A stretch of 64,000 nt of DNA from Deltaproteobacteria bacterium (GTDB lineage Bacteria; Desulfobacterota; GWC2-55-46; UBA9637): contig JAUYHF010000014.1 in assembly GCA_030690165.1 (NCBI GenBank), forward strand, positions 34,257 to 98,256, read 5' to 3'. A program made the translations under genes and the position numbers. The first letter of the stretch is position 1; every line of letters starts with the position of its first letter. Below, in pieces: positions 10,141 to 21,532 of the stretch. The notes below the pieces were generated by a model. That model was not told where the DNA came from and ran no database searches. It saw only the letters and a program-made list of their open reading frames with translations.

Positions 10141-10584
10141 GTGCTTAGAGGGAGATTCGAACACACCATTGACCCAAAGGGAAGAATTAGTATTCCGTCT
10201 AAATTCAGGGATGTCCTGCTGGATAAATATGATGAAAGACTTGTTCTTACTAACCATTATGACGGATGTCTTGTAGCATATCCATTTATCGAATGGCAGA
10301 TTGTAGAAGATAAGGCCAGTAAACTTCCTACGTTAAAAAAAGAGACTGCAGATTTTTTAAGGTTCTTTATCTCCGGCGCAACTGAGTGCTCTATAGATAA
10401 GCTCGGTAGAATACTTGTGCCGCCTGTACTGAGGGAGCATGCAAAACTGGAAAAGGATATTGTCCTTGTCGGAACGCTTATGAAGATTGAAATCTGGGCG
10501 AAGGCAAGATGGAAGTCAATAATAGCGAGGGCAGAGGAGAATATTGATGAAGCCAGAGAGGTTCTTTCAGGGCTGGGGCTTTAA
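10141..10584 (+). CDS. mraZ: Transcriptional regulator MraZ
   Basis: DPKGRISIPSKFR and DKLGRILVP repeats. Confidence 0.95.
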   Translation: MLRGRFEHTIDPKGRISIPSKFRDVLLDKYDERLVLTNHYDGCLVAYPFIEWQIVEDKASKLPTLKKETADFLRFFISGATECSIDKLGRILVPPVLREHAKLEKDIVLVGTLMKIEIWAKARWKSIIARAEENIDEAREVLSGLGL

Positions 10585-11520
10585 ATGGTATTCAGGCATT
10601 TGCCGGTTATGCCGGAGGAGGTTGTAAAATTTCTTGCGTGCAAACATGGAAGGATATATGTGGATGGGACGGTTGGAGGAGGCGGCCATACCAGTTCGAT
10701 ATTAAATGCCAGTATGCCCGCAGGCAAGGTTATAGGAATGGATTGGGATGAAGATGCAATTCAGGCAGCAATGGAAAGGTTTAAGGATTATTCAGAACGT
10801 TTGACTCTGGTCAGAGAAAATTTTGCTGATATAAAAAAGGTGATGGGAGATTTAAACATAAAAGAGGTTGATGGGATTTTATTAGACCTCGGTGTATCTT
10901 CATATCATATTGAAAGACCTGACAGAGGGTTTAGTTTCAGGTTTGATGCGCCGCTGGATATGAGGATGGATAAAAGGCAAAAAACGACTGCGTATAACAT
11001 TGTAAATGAACTTTCTATGAAAGAGTTGGAAAAGATTATCCGGGAGTATGGGGAAGAGAGATGGGCAAAGAGGATTGCTGGGGACATTGTTGAAAAAAGA
11101 CGGCACGGGCCTATATCCACCACAAAAGAACTTTCCAACCTCGTATCTTTCGCCATACCAAAGAAGTTTCATCCAAGAGATATCCATCCCGCCACACGGA
11201 CATTTCAGGCAATAAGGATTGCTGTAAATGACGAACTAAACAATTTAAAAAAAGCCGTTGATGACGGGGTAGGCCTTCTGGGACTAGGGGGAAGGATGGT
11301 TGTTATCTCTTTTCATTCACTTGAGGACAGGATTGTAAAAGAGTCTTTTAGAAAACTTGCGAAGGGCTGCGTATGCCCCAATGATTTTCCAAAGTGCGTT
11401 TGCGGTCAAAAACCCAAATTGCATATTATAACTAAAAGGCCTGTTGCTCCGTCGCTGGAAGAGATTCTAATCAACCCAAGGGCAAGGAGCGCCAAGCTCA
11501 GGGCGGCGGAGAGGGTATAG
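10585..11520 (+). CDS. rsmH: 16S rRNA m4C1402 methyltransferase
   Basis: DGTVGGGGH, LDLGVSS, ISFHSLEDR, NPRARSAKLR. Confidence 0.97.
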   Translation: MVFRHLPVMPEEVVKFLACKHGRIYVDGTVGGGGHTSSILNASMPAGKVIGMDWDEDAIQAAMERFKDYSERLTLVRENFADIKKVMGDLNIKEVDGILLDLGVSSYHIERPDRGFSFRFDAPLDMRMDKRQKTTAYNIVNELSMKELEKIIREYGEERWAKRIAGDIVEKRRHGPISTTKELSNLVSFAIPKKFHPRDIHPATRTFQAIRIAVNDELNNLKKAVDDGVGLLGLGGRMVVISFHSLEDRIVKESFRKLAKGCVCPNDFPKCVCGQKPKLHIITKRPVAPSLEEILINPRARSAKLRAAERV

Positions 11521-11856
11521 ATGTCTAACTTAGCGGCAAAAGGCATATTTTCTGCCAGGGTTATAGCAGGGCAAATGGTTAAACAAAAAGTTGCCGGCTC
11601 GCTGTTTGCAGCTTTTAAGGTAATTATAGTTATCCTCTTCTTTACACTCTTTTACCTCTGGAGCAGGCTTCTGGTTGTAAGCCTTGGTTATGAAATAGCA
11701 AAAGCAAATAAAGAAAGAGTTGAGTTTATGGCTGAGAACAAGAGGCTTAAGTTCGAATCCCTTTCATTAAAATCTCCCCAGAGAATAGAGGTCATTGCAT
11801 CAGATAAGCTTGGCCTTGTCTATGCAAAAGGGGAGCAGATAATAACGGTAAAATGA
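11521..11856 (+). CDS. ftsL: Cell division protein FtsL
   Basis: Single TM plus coiled coil, RIEVIASDKLGL, position in cluster. Confidence 0.8.
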   Translation: MSNLAAKGIFSARVIAGQMVKQKVAGSLFAAFKVIIVILFFTLFYLWSRLLVVSLGYEIAKANKERVEFMAENKRLKFESLSLKSPQRIEVIASDKLGLVYAKGEQIITVK

Positions 11857-13799
11857 AAGAAGCTATCCCATGGTTAAGATTTCGTGTTATTACAATTTTT
11901 TTATTATTTGTTTTTATATTTATAGTAATTTTTATTAAGGCCTTTCAGCTTCAGGTTTTAGAGCGGAGTAAGCTTAAGGCCAGGGCGGATGATCAACATT
12001 TAAAGACAATGAATATCATTCCCATAAGGGGAACCCTCTATGACAGGGGGATGCGTGAACTTGCTGTCAGTATGGAGGTTGATTCAGTTTATGCGCAGCC
12101 CGGCAGGATTGATAATATTAAAAAAACGGCAAGTCTTCTCGCCGCCGCCCTTTCTATGGATAAAAGAGAGCTAGAAGCTAAATTTACATCCGGGAAATCA
12201 TTTGTATGGATCAAAAGACAACTGGATTTTATTAAGGCTGAAGAGGTAAAGGGATTGAATATACGAGGCGTAGGTTTTATTAAAGAGGGAAAGAGGTTTT
12301 ACCCCACCCCCCACATTGCCAGTCACCTTATTGGCTTTGTTGGATTAGATTCTAAAGGTCTTGAAGGCATTGAATTAGGTTATGATGAATATATGGCAGG
12401 AGCCTCCGCCCGCTTCATAGGAGAAAGGGACGCCCTTGGCAACGAGATTTTATTCCGCAATTCGGATAAAGAGGCATATAGGGGTAAAGATTTAATTCTT
12501 ACTATAGATAAGACTATTCAGTATATAGCTGAAAAGGAGCTTCTTAAAGTTGTTTCAAGCGCCAATGCAAAAGGCGGCATGGTTATAGTAATGGCCCCGA
12601 GGACAGGAGAGATACTTGCTATAGCCAACTCGCCGCAGTTTAATCCTGATATCTTTTTTGAATATAATAACCCCAATATCTGGCGCAACAGGGCTATTAC
12701 AGATACATTTGAACCAGGTTCAACATTCAAGGCCTTTCTGCTCGCTGCCCTTTTTGAAGAAGGGGCAGCCAGGTCTGACGACCTATTTTTTTGTGAGAAT
12801 GGCAATTATGTCGTAGCTGACAGGACATTTCATGATGTTAAAAAATTTGGCTGGCTCTCCCTTGCCCAGATAATCAAATACTCCAGCAATATCGGCGCTG
12901 CCAAGGCAGGAGACAGACTGGGAAAGGAAAGGATGCATAGATATATAAAGGATTTTGGGTTCGGGGACAGAACAGGCATAGGCCTCCCCGGGGAGGCGCT
13001 CGGCTCTGTGCCTCCTTTAAAACAGTGGTCAAAGGTGTCCCTTGGCAATATATCCTTTGGCCAGGGCATATCCGCAACAGGGATACAGCTTTTATCCGCA
13101 TTTTCTGCAATTGCAAATAAGGGCTATCTTATGAAGCCGTATGTTGTAAAGAAAATAGTAAATGGAAAGGGCGATGTTATTGAAGAAATCAGGCCGTCAG
13201 TGGTGAGAAGGGTTATATCTGAAGAAACTGCAAACAGGGTAACCGGTATTCTGAAAACGGTAACTGAAAAAGACGGCACCGGCGCAAAGGCAGCAGTAGC
13301 TGGTTTTGAGGTTGCCGGCAAGACAGGCACCGCGCAGAAACCTGATCTCTCTCAAGGGGGTTACACAGCGGATAAATATGTAAGTTCATTTATAGGATTT
13401 GTTCCTGCAGATAATCCGGAGCTTGCTATATTGGTTGCGGTTGATGAACCCGCTATCGGATTTTATGGAGGGCAGATTGCCGCCCCTGTTTTTAAGGAGA
13501 TTGCCTCTCAGAGCCTTTCTTATCTCGGAATATTTTCAAAGAGCCGCAGCGCCAATCCGGATAAGCAGCCAGATAGATTATTGTATGTCGTGCAAAATAC
13601 CGATTCTTCAGATGAAGAAGGAGAAGACCTTTTTCACATGCCTGATTTAAGAGACAAGACAATGCGGTCTGTCCTTAGATTAGCAAGGGAAATTCCTCTT
13701 GATATAAAGATTTCAGGGAGCGGAAAAGCTGTGTATCAGAAGCCGTTGCCAGGAGAAAGAATTACTCAGGGTGAATTGGCAGAGGTGAGGTTCAGATGA
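11853..13799 (+). CDS. ftsI: PBP3 transpeptidase with C-terminal PASTA domain
   Basis: GSTFK, SSN, KTGT motifs. Confidence 0.93.
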   Translation: MKEAIPWLRFRVITIFLLFVFIFIVIFIKAFQLQVLERSKLKARADDQHLKTMNIIPIRGTLYDRGMRELAVSMEVDSVYAQPGRIDNIKKTASLLAAALSMDKRELEAKFTSGKSFVWIKRQLDFIKAEEVKGLNIRGVGFIKEGKRFYPTPHIASHLIGFVGLDSKGLEGIELGYDEYMAGASARFIGERDALGNEILFRNSDKEAYRGKDLILTIDKTIQYIAEKELLKVVSSANAKGGMVIVMAPRTGEILAIANSPQFNPDIFFEYNNPNIWRNRAITDTFEPGSTFKAFLLAALFEEGAARSDDLFFCENGNYVVADRTFHDVKKFGWLSLAQIIKYSSNIGAAKAGDRLGKERMHRYIKDFGFGDRTGIGLPGEALGSVPPLKQWSKVSLGNISFGQGISATGIQLLSAFSAIANKGYLMKPYVVKKIVNGKGDVIEEIRPSVVRRVISEETANRVTGILKTVTEKDGTGAKAAVAGFEVAGKTGTAQKPDLSQGGYTADKYVSSFIGFVPADNPELAILVAVDEPAIGFYGGQIAAPVFKEIASQSLSYLGIFSKSRSANPDKQPDRLLYVVQNTDSSDEEGEDLFHMPDLRDKTMRSVLRLAREIPLDIKISGSGKAVYQKPLPGERITQGELAEVRFR

Positions 13800-15331
13800 A
13801 GATAAAAGAATTGATAAAAAATCTTCCAGGTAGTCATGTTATCGGCAATGCCGATATACCTGTCCGTGGCATTACCTATGATTCGAGGCAGGTGAACAGG
13901 GATTTTATTTTCGCTGCTGTCAAAGGGCAGCATCTTGACGGCCGTGCCTTTGTCAAGGATGCATTGGCGCGGGGGGCTTCTGCTGTTATCCTGGAAGAGG
14001 CTTTTGGGGACCTCAATGCAGTCCAGATAATAGTGCCTGATGCAAGGGAGGCGATGGCAAGTGTGGCCGCGGCATTTTATGGAGAGCCTTGCAGAAACAT
14101 GACCCTTATTGGCGTAACAGGGACAAATGGAAAGACAACCATAACATACCTTGTAGAGTCAATATTGAGGACTGCCGGTTTCAATGCCGGGGTTGTGGGC
14201 ACGATTAACTACCGCTATAAGGATAAAATTTTTAATGCGCCGCATACAACACCAGAGGCGCCTGACCTTCAAAGGATTTTCAGAGCAATGTTAGACAGCG
14301 GTGTGACTCATTGCGTTATGGAGGTTTCTTCTCACAGCCTTGCGCAAAAAAGGGTTTTTGGCTCAAGGATTGTTGGCGGGGTATTTACAAATCTTACTCA
14401 GGACCACCTTGATTACCACAAGACAATGGAGGAGTATTTTGAAAGCAAGTCCATGTTATTTACTGATTTTGTGGCCAGAGAAAGGGATGGTTTTGCAGTA
14501 ATAAACACAGACGACCCATGGGGAAAGAGATTGTTAAATTGCAAATTGCAAATTGCAAATTGCAAATTTATCAGATACAGCCTTAAACAGGATGCGGAGA
14601 TTTATCCTGTTAAAGTTTCGTTTTCCGAAAGAGGCATAGAGGCCATGCTTGATACACCTATTGGCTCTGTAAAGATTTCTTCGGCGCTTTTGGGCGAATA
14701 TAATCTGCAAAATATTATGGCAGCGGTCGGTGTTGGCATCGGCCTTGCGCTGGATAAAAAGACTATAGAAAAAGGTATTGCTGCTCTAAAAAGAGTTCCA
14801 GGCAGGCTTGAAAGAATTATTTCGGAAGACGGTTTCCAGGCCGTAGTTGATTATGCCCATACAGGAGATGCATTGGAGAGGGTGATTGTCGCATTAAAGC
14901 CGCTTGCGAAGAAGAGGCTTATCACTGTATTCGGCTGCGGCGGCGACAGGGACAGGGGCAAAAGGCCTGTGATGGGAGAAATTGCAGCAAGGCTGAGCGA
15001 TTTCACGGTAATCACATCAGATAATCCGAGAAGCGAAGATCCGATGGAGATTATAAAAGAGATTGAGGCGGGAATAAAAGGTTGTCCAAAGATACTGGAT
15101 TTTAAATCCGAAATTACTCATGGTTATAGAACCATACCTGACAGGCATGAGGCAATAATGGCCGCTGTAAATCTTGCGGCTGCGGGCGATATTATCCTTG
15201 TTGCCGGCAAGGGGCATGAGGATTACCAGATAATCGGCGACAGGAATATTCCCTTTGAGGATACAAAGGAGATAAAGGCTGCAATGGAGGTTAAATACAG
15301 AAGTCAGAAGTCGGTAGTCAGTAGTCAGTAG
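13796..15331 (+). CDS. murE: UDP-MurNAc-tripeptide synthetase
   Basis: GVTGTNGKTT, DYAHT, GCGGDRD, DNPR. Confidence 0.96.
   Translation: MKIKELIKNLPGSHVIGNADIPVRGITYDSRQVNRDFIFAAVKGQHLDGRAFVKDALARGASAVILEEAFGDLNAVQIIVPDAREAMASVAAAFYGEPCRNMTLIGVTGTNGKTTITYLVESILRTAGFNAGVVGTINYRYKDKIFNAPHTTPEAPDLQRIFRAMLDSGVTHCVMEVSSHSLAQKRVFGSRIVGGVFTNLTQDHLDYHKTMEEYFESKSMLFTDFVARERDGFAVINTDDPWGKRLLNCKLQIANCKFIRYSLKQDAEIYPVKVSFSERGIEAMLDTPIGSVKISSALLGEYNLQNIMAAVGVGIGLALDKKTIEKGIAALKRVPGRLERIISEDGFQAVVDYAHTGDALERVIVALKPLAKKRLITVFGCGGDRDRGKRPVMGEIAARLSDFTVITSDNPRSEDPMEIIKEIEAGIKGCPKILDFKSEITHGYRTIPDRHEAIMAAVNLAAAGDIILVAGKGHEDYQIIGDRNIPFEDTKEIKAAMEVKYRSQKSVVSSQ
14536..14570 (+). repeat. (AAATTGC)4 array in frame inside murE
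   Basis: Encodes NCKLQIANCKF. Confidence 0.9.
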
Positions 15332-15355
15332 TTTTTATTCTGTATTCTGGATTCT
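15296..15355. repeat. Inverted heptamer array (AGTCAGA/TTCTGxA type) spanning the murE stop
   Basis: tacagaagtcagaagtcggtagtcagtagtcagtag...ttctgtattctggattct. Confidence 0.8.
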
Positions 15356-15363
15356 TTTTTTAT

Positions 15364-16758
15364 ATGGTTAGGCTCAAGATAAAAGAAGTTTTAAAGACTG
15401 TGCACGGTTGTCTTGCAAGCGGGGGCAGTGAGGGTTTAATCAACGGCGTTTCAACAGACTCCCGCACTGTAAATAAAGGAGAGCTTTTCTTTGCCTTAAA
15501 AGGGCCGCGGTTTGACGGCAATAAATTTGTTGGCGATGTGTTTAAGAAAGGGGCGGCAGGGGCTGTGGTATCGTCAGAAGCCAGAAGTTATGGTTTGCAA
15601 TTTGGGATAGTTGAGGTTATTGATACGCTTAAAGCCCTCGGTGATCTTGCGCTATACTGGAGAGAGAGGCATCTCGTCCCGCTTATAGCGATAAGCGGCA
15701 GTTGCGGCAAGACAACAACAAAGGATATGATAGCGTCTATACTTAAAAACTCGCGTCCTATTATAAAGACCGAAGGAAATCTCAATAATCTTATTGGTCT
15801 TCCTCTTACGATATTCAACCTTAACAACATCCACAAGGCCGCTGTGGTTGAGCTTGGAATAAGCGAAAAAGGCGAGATGAAAAGGCTCGCTCAAATTTGC
15901 AAACCAGATGTGGCTGTTCTTACAAATATCGGCGAGGCGCATACAGCTACACTTAACAACGTAGAGGGTGTTGCATCCGCAAAGGGTGAACTCTTTGAAA
16001 GCATGGATGACAATGGGACCGCTATAATAAATATTGATGACCCATGGCTTAAAAAGATAGCAGAGAATATCAACGTAAAAAAGATTACCTTCAGCTTAAA
16101 GTCAAAGGCGGATGTGATGTTAAAAGAGGCGAGTGTCAAGAGGCAAGAGGCAAAAAGTTCATCAGGAATATCCGCCTCATTCTTAGTTATGGGAGAAGAA
16201 ATTCCTGTGAAGTTAAAATATACAGGTACGCATAATCTCTATAATGCCGCAGCAGCCATTGCAGCTACATTTCCCCTTGGTGTAACAAAAGAAGAGATAA
16301 TGGAAGGACTCTATGCCGCGGAAACTATGCACGGCAGGATGGAAATAGTTACCTTGAGAAATGGAATAACAATCATTGACGATACATACAACGCCAACCC
16401 GCTCTCTATGGAAGCGGCTCTAAAGACGCTTGCAGATATGGAGGGCAGAAAGATTGCAGTCCTTGGCGATATGTTTGAGCTGGGAGAGATGTCAGACGAT
16501 GCCCATAAAAAGGTAGGGATGTTTGCGCAGGATACCGGCATAGATATGCTTTTTACTATCGGTGTTTATAGCGATGCTCTGGTAAGCGGAGCAATGGAAA
16601 AAGGTATGTTGCCGGATAAAATATACAAGGCACATGATAAGGCAGAGCTGATTAAGGCGCTTAACAATGTAGTGAAGGAAGGCGATGTTATTCTGATAAA
16701 GGGTTCAAGGGCGGCTGCAATGGAGGAGATAGTAGAAGGGCTAAAAATTGCAAATTGA
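15364..16758 (+). CDS. murF: UDP-MurNAc-pentapeptide synthetase
   Basis: SGSCGKTTTK, NNLIGLP, DDTYNANP, LGDMFELG, KGSR. Confidence 0.96.
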   Translation: MVRLKIKEVLKTVHGCLASGGSEGLINGVSTDSRTVNKGELFFALKGPRFDGNKFVGDVFKKGAAGAVVSSEARSYGLQFGIVEVIDTLKALGDLALYWRERHLVPLIAISGSCGKTTTKDMIASILKNSRPIIKTEGNLNNLIGLPLTIFNLNNIHKAAVVELGISEKGEMKRLAQICKPDVAVLTNIGEAHTATLNNVEGVASAKGELFESMDDNGTAIINIDDPWLKKIAENINVKKITFSLKSKADVMLKEASVKRQEAKSSSGISASFLVMGEEIPVKLKYTGTHNLYNAAAAIAATFPLGVTKEEIMEGLYAAETMHGRMEIVTLRNGITIIDDTYNANPLSMEAALKTLADMEGRKIAVLGDMFELGEMSDDAHKKVGMFAQDTGIDMLFTIGVYSDALVSGAMEKGMLPDKIYKAHDKAELIKALNNVVKEGDVILIKGSRAAAMEEIVEGLKIAN

Positions 16759-16841
16759 AGATTGCAAATTGAAAAATGCAAAATGAAATAAGTTTTAAAT
16801 TTACAATTTGCACTTTTCATTTTGCAATGGAGCGAAGCGAC
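16745..16841 (+). repeat. ~100-bp heptamer junction element, copy 1 (murF-mraY)
   Basis: AAATTGCAAATTGAAGATTGC...TTTACAATTTGCA...TTTTGCAATGGAGCGAAGCGAC. Confidence 0.9.
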
Positions 16842-16843
16842 TA

Positions 16844-17917
16844 ATGTTATACCATTTATTATATCCTTTAGTTAAATACCACACCCTGTTTAATGTATTT
16901 CAATACATTACATTCAGGACAATCTATGCGGTTGTGACTGCCCTGGTCTTAAGTTTTCTGAGCGGACCTTATATTATAAGAAAGCTCTCTCTTATGCAGA
17001 TAGGCCAGGTGATAAGAAATGATGGTCCGGCAAGACATTTGAGTAAAGAGGGAACGCCGACAATGGGCGGTATAATCATCCTTTTTTGTATAATTGTTCC
17101 GACCTTGCTGTGGGCAAATCTTAAAAATCCGTATGTGTGGCTGCTGATAACGGTTACGTCCGGATTTGGCATAGTAGGTTTTATAGATGACTATAAAAAA
17201 TGGGCGCAAAAGGACAGCCGGGGGCTGCGGCCCAGTCATAAGCTTCTCGGACAGTGCATCATCGCCCTCGGCGCAGCCTTATTTCTGTATTTCACAGGGT
17301 TTAACACTTCCATTACTGTTCCATTTTTTAAGAATGTAGTAATAGCGATGGGGTGGGTCTATATCCCATTTGTTATCCTTGTTATAGTCGGGGCGTCAAA
17401 TGCAGTAAATCTCACAGATGGATTAGATGGCCTTGCTATAGGGCCGATAACAATAGCAGCAGCAACCTATATGCTTTTTACCTATCTTACAGGCCATACC
17501 AAGATAGCAAATTACCTCCAGATAATGTATGTGCCAAATAGCGGGGAGCTGACCATATTTGCAGGGGCTATGGTCGGAGCAAGCCTTGGTTTTCTGTGGT
17601 TTAACAGTTATCCTGCCCAGGTATTTATGGGAGATGTGGGGTCGCTTGCGCTGGGAGGGACATTGGGGACATTAGCAATTATTACAAAGCAGGAAATACT
17701 ACTGGTTCTAGTTGGGGGTGTGTTTGTAGTTGAGGCGCTTTCAGTGATCTTTCAGGTGGGGTCGTTCAAACTCAGGGGTAAAAGGATATTCAGGATGGCC
17801 CCGATACATCATCATTTTGAATTAAACGGCTGGTCTGAGCCGAAGATCATAGTGAGGTTTTGGATAATATCCATAATACTATCGCTCATAGCAATAAGCA
17901 CATTGAAACTCCGATGA
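16844..17917 (+). CDS. mraY: Phospho-MurNAc-pentapeptide transferase
   Basis: [38 protein letters not shown]; start at ATG 16844 after GGAG. Confidence 0.97.
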   Translation: MLYHLLYPLVKYHTLFNVFQYITFRTIYAVVTALVLSFLSGPYIIRKLSLMQIGQVIRNDGPARHLSKEGTPTMGGIIILFCIIVPTLLWANLKNPYVWLLITVTSGFGIVGFIDDYKKWAQKDSRGLRPSHKLLGQCIIALGAALFLYFTGFNTSITVPFFKNVVIAMGWVYIPFVILVIVGASNAVNLTDGLDGLAIGPITIAAATYMLFTYLTGHTKIANYLQIMYVPNSGELTIFAGAMVGASLGFLWFNSYPAQVFMGDVGSLALGGTLGTLAIITKQEILLVLVGGVFVVEALSVIFQVGSFKLRGKRIFRMAPIHHHFELNGWSEPKIIVRFWIISIILSLIAISTLKLR

Positions 17918-19299
17918 TAATGCAAACAACAATCAGCAAAGAGAGACCACCACTTGATTTAAGAGACAGGAATGTCCTTGTAGTGGGTCTTGCGCGGACA
18001 GGGGTTTCTACCGCCAGATTTTTGAAGGAGAAAGGCGCTATTGTTGCGGCTACGGATATTTTACCGGCATCTCAGATTAAAGACATTGATGACCTGTGCA
18101 GTAACGGCATAGAAGTAGAAACAGGGGGACACAGTATTAAACGTTTTTTAAATGCTCATCTCATTATTTTAAGCCCCGGTGTTTTCCCTGATATAGAGCC
18201 TCTTAAAGAGGCAAGAAAAAAGGGTGTGGAAATCATAAGCGAAGTGGAGCTTGCATTCAATTTTATAAAAGAGCCTATAGTGGCTATAGCTGGAACCAAT
18301 GGAAAAACAACCACAACAACACTGATTGGCAAGATACTGGAATCAGGCGGCAATAAGGTTTTTGTCGGCGGGAATATAGGGCTTCCGTTGATTGAGTATG
18401 TTGCATCAAATCAATCTGCAGATTATATTGTTGTTGAGGTGAGCAGCTTTCAGCTTGAAGGTACCAGGAAATTCAGACCCCATATAGCCGTTCTCTTAAA
18501 TATTACTGAAGACCATCTGGATAGATATGCGAGCTTTGACGAGTATGCTGCCGCAAAGTTCAGGCTCTTTGAGAATATGGAGGAAGGAGATGTTGCTATT
18601 GTAAATTTTGATGATACCACTATCAACTCAAAACTCAAAACTCAAAACTCAAAACCTAAAGTAATACCTTTTAGCAGCAGTAAAATTTTGAAGGAGGGGG
18701 TTTGTTACAATAATAACAGCATTAACTATTCTGTTGGAGGAGTAAAAGAATCCTATCCCACAGCAAATTTCAAACTTAAGGGTATCCACAATATAGAAAA
18801 CATAATGGCTTCCATTGCCGCTGCAAAGGCCTGCGGTGTTTCGAGGGATGCAATATTAAAGACCATTGAAGAATTTAAAGGGCTTCCCCATAGGATGGAG
18901 CTTATAAGGGAGATAAATGGAACGAGCTATTATAATGATTCCAAAGGCACAAATATAGGCGCGCTTCAAAAATCACTTGAAGGGCTTAATGCGCCTGTTA
19001 TCCTTATTGCCGGCGGCAAGGACAAGGGCGGCGATTACAGGGTTTTAAATGATTTGATAAAAAATAAGGTGCGGCATCTGATACTTCTGGGCGAGGCAAA
19101 AAACAAGATAAGGGATGCCTTTAAAGGATTAACAGATATTGCAACAGTTGAGTCCTTGAAAGAAGCTGTGGATATTGCCAGCAATAAGGCTGAAAAAGGA
19201 GATGTGGTGTTATTGTCACCTGCATGCTCCAGCTTTGATATGTTCAAAGATTATAAGGAACGGGGCGATGTATTCAGAAGATTGGTGGAGATGTTATGA
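17914..19299 (+). CDS. murD: UDP-MurNAc-L-Ala-D-Glu ligase
   Basis: [37 protein letters not shown]. Confidence 0.96.
   Translation: MIMQTTISKERPPLDLRDRNVLVVGLARTGVSTARFLKEKGAIVAATDILPASQIKDIDDLCSNGIEVETGGHSIKRFLNAHLIILSPGVFPDIEPLKEARKKGVEIISEVELAFNFIKEPIVAIAGTNGKTTTTTLIGKILESGGNKVFVGGNIGLPLIEYVASNQSADYIVVEVSSFQLEGTRKFRPHIAVLLNITEDHLDRYASFDEYAAAKFRLFENMEEGDVAIVNFDDTTINSKLKTQNSKPKVIPFSSSKILKEGVCYNNNSINYSVGGVKESYPTANFKLKGIHNIENIMASIAAAKACGVSRDAILKTIEEFKGLPHRMELIREINGTSYYNDSKGTNIGALQKSLEGLNAPVILIAGGKDKGGDYRVLNDLIKNKVRHLILLGEAKNKIRDAFKGLTDIATVESLKEAVDIASNKAEKGDVVLLSPACSSFDMFKDYKERGDVFRRLVEML
18625..18659 (+). repeat. (AACTCAA)4 array in frame inside murD
   Basis: Encodes [12 protein letters not shown]. 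Confidence 0.9.
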
Positions 19300-20399
19300 T
19301 TAAAGTTAGAGAAATAGATAAATCCCTTATCCTTGCTATGATGGCCCTTGTGGCAATAGGCTTTACTATGGTCTATTCCACCACCTACATAATGGCTATG
19401 AAACGGTATGGCAGTGAATATTTCTTTGTAAAAAAACATCTCATATTCAGCGTCTTAGGTTCTCTGTTGTTTTTTGTTGCCGCGAATATAGAGTATCATT
19501 TGTATAGAAGGCGGGCATACTTAATATTTTTTGCAAGCCTTATCTCGCTCATTCTTCTCACATTCATCCCAAGCCTTGGAAATGAGATGGGAGGCGCAAA
19601 AAGATGGATAAGGCTCGGCCCTTTGACTTTTCAGCCCTCTGAGCCTGCCAAACTGGCCCTTATTATATACCTGTCATATTATCTTGCGGCAAAAAAGGAT
19701 AAGATAAAAACCTTTTCCCTTGGCATTGTCCCGCCGATGATAATGAGCGGGCTTATTATACTTTTCATCTTAAAAGAGCCGGATTTCGGAACAGCTTTAT
19801 CTCTTGGCGTAATTACAATTATCATGATGTTCATTGCAGGTGTAAGATTAAGATACCTTTTTTCCATACTTCTTCTTTCAATGCCATTTATTTATCTTAT
19901 GGTTACGAAAGTCGACTATAGAATGAAACGGGTGCTTGTGTTTTTAGATCCATGGAGGGATTCAGGAGGCGCAGGGTTCCAGCTTGTGCAGTCGTTTATT
20001 GCCTTTGGCGCAGGCGGCATCTGGGGTGTCGGCCTTGGCGAGGGGAAGCAGAAACTGTTTTATCTGCCGGAGGCCCATACCGACTTTATCCTTTCTGTGG
20101 TAGGAGAAGAGCTTGGGCTTATAGGGGTTTCTGCGCTCATCATGCTTTATCTGATTGTACTTATCTCAGGCATAAGGATTAGCTTAAAGGCAAAAGACCT
20201 TTTTGGCAAATACCTTGCCGTAGGCATTACCCTCTTAATTGTGCTTCATGCAGCAGTAAATATGGCTGTGGTACTGGCCCTTTTGCCTACAAAAGGACTT
20301 ACCCTTCCGTTTATAAGCTATGGCGGAACATCCCTTGTGGTAAATATGATAGGGATGGGGATACTGTTGAATATATATAAAACAGGAGTCAGGGAGTGA
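19296..20399 (+). CDS. ftsW: SEDS glycosyltransferase FtsW
   Basis: GAKRWI, FQPSE, EPDFG, LPEAHTDF, LPFISYGG. Confidence 0.96.
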   Translation: MIKVREIDKSLILAMMALVAIGFTMVYSTTYIMAMKRYGSEYFFVKKHLIFSVLGSLLFFVAANIEYHLYRRRAYLIFFASLISLILLTFIPSLGNEMGGAKRWIRLGPLTFQPSEPAKLALIIYLSYYLAAKKDKIKTFSLGIVPPMIMSGLIILFILKEPDFGTALSLGVITIIMMFIAGVRLRYLFSILLLSMPFIYLMVTKVDYRMKRVLVFLDPWRDSGGAGFQLVQSFIAFGAGGIWGVGLGEGKQKLFYLPEAHTDFILSVVGEELGLIGVSALIMLYLIVLISGIRISLKAKDLFGKYLAVGITLLIVLHAAVNMAVVLALLPTKGLTLPFISYGGTSLVVNMIGMGILLNIYKTGVRE

Positions 20400-21532
20400 A
20401 AGGCATGCCTTTCACGGATTTTAGGTTGAGAATTGTATTAACAGGAGGAGGCACCGGCGGGCATCTGTTTCCTGCCCTTGCGCTGGCAGAAGAATTTAAG
20501 GCAAGGGATAAAGATTGCGAGATCCTATTTATAGGAAGCGCTGCGGGCATAGAAAAGGATGTTGTTCCAAAATATGGTTATGCTTTAGAATTTGTGGATG
20601 TAGAAGGCCTTAAAGGAAAAGGGATATATAATAAAGTATCGGCAGGCTTAAAGGCAGCAAAGGCAGTTTTTGCCGCAAAGAAGATTCTTAAGCCATTCAG
20701 ACCGGATGGTGTCATAGGTACGGGTGGTTATTCTTCTGGTCCGGTTGTTTTGGCAGCAAGGCTTTTGGGGATAAAGACAGCTATCCTTGAACAGAATACG
20801 ATGCCAGGTTTAACCAATAGGCTTCTGGGAAGGTTTGTAGACAGGATATATGTGGCATTTGAACAAACCAAAAAAAAAATTCCAGGCGGGAGGGTAATCC
20901 TGGCAGGAAATCCGGTGAGAAAGGAGATTCTGGAAATTGCAAATTGCAAACATGTCCCTGCAAGTATTAAGCAGGGATTGCAAATTGCAAATTGCAAATT
21001 CACAATTCTCATCTTCGGCGGAAGCCAGGGGGCAAAGGCAATAAATACGGCATTTTTAGATGCGCTGGAATATCTCGCTGATATAAGAGACAGCATCAGG
21101 ATTATTCATCAGACAGGGGATGCGGATTACATAACAGTAAAAGAGACTTACGAAAGAAAAGGGATTAAGGCCGATGTCTATAGGTTTATAGATGATATGG
21201 CTCATGCATACTCTCAGGCAGACATGGTGATATGCAGGGCAGGGGCTACATCCATTGCCGAGATAACCGCTCTGGGGATTGCCTCTATACTCATACCATA
21301 TCCATTTGCAGCTAATAACCATCAGGAAATAAATGCAAGATGTTTAGCTGATAAAGGGGCTGCAATCATGATGAGGCAAGGCGAGATTATAGGAGATGCG
21401 ATGGCGGTTCTTATTGAGAGATTTTATAAAAACCCTGATGAATTAAAAAAGATAAGAGAAAATGCAAAAGCTCTGGGAAGGCCGAATGCGGCAAAGGAGA
21501 TAGTGGACAACATTCTACAAATGTTGAATTGA
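20396..21532 (+). CDS. murG: MurG glycosyltransferase (start may be TTG 20426)
   Basis: GGGTGGH, EQN, GNPVR, GGSQGA, HQTG. Confidence 0.96.
   Translation: MKGMPFTDFRLRIVLTGGGTGGHLFPALALAEEFKARDKDCEILFIGSAAGIEKDVVPKYGYALEFVDVEGLKGKGIYNKVSAGLKAAKAVFAAKKILKPFRPDGVIGTGGYSSGPVVLAARLLGIKTAILEQNTMPGLTNRLLGRFVDRIYVAFEQTKKKIPGGRVILAGNPVRKEILEIANCKHVPASIKQGLQIANCKFTILIFGGSQGAKAINTAFLDALEYLADIRDSIRIIHQTGDADYITVKETYERKGIKADVYRFIDDMAHAYSQADMVICRAGATSIAEITALGIASILIPYPFAANNHQEINARCLADKGAAIMMRQGEIIGDAMAVLIERFYKNPDELKKIRENAKALGRPNAAKEIVDNILQMLN
20934..21007 (+). repeat. AAATTGC array in murG interrupted by a 27-nt hairpin element (20951-20977)
   Basis: aaattgc aaattgcaaa [catgtccctgcaagtattaagcaggga] ttgcaaattgcaaattgcaaattc. 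Confidence 0.9.
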
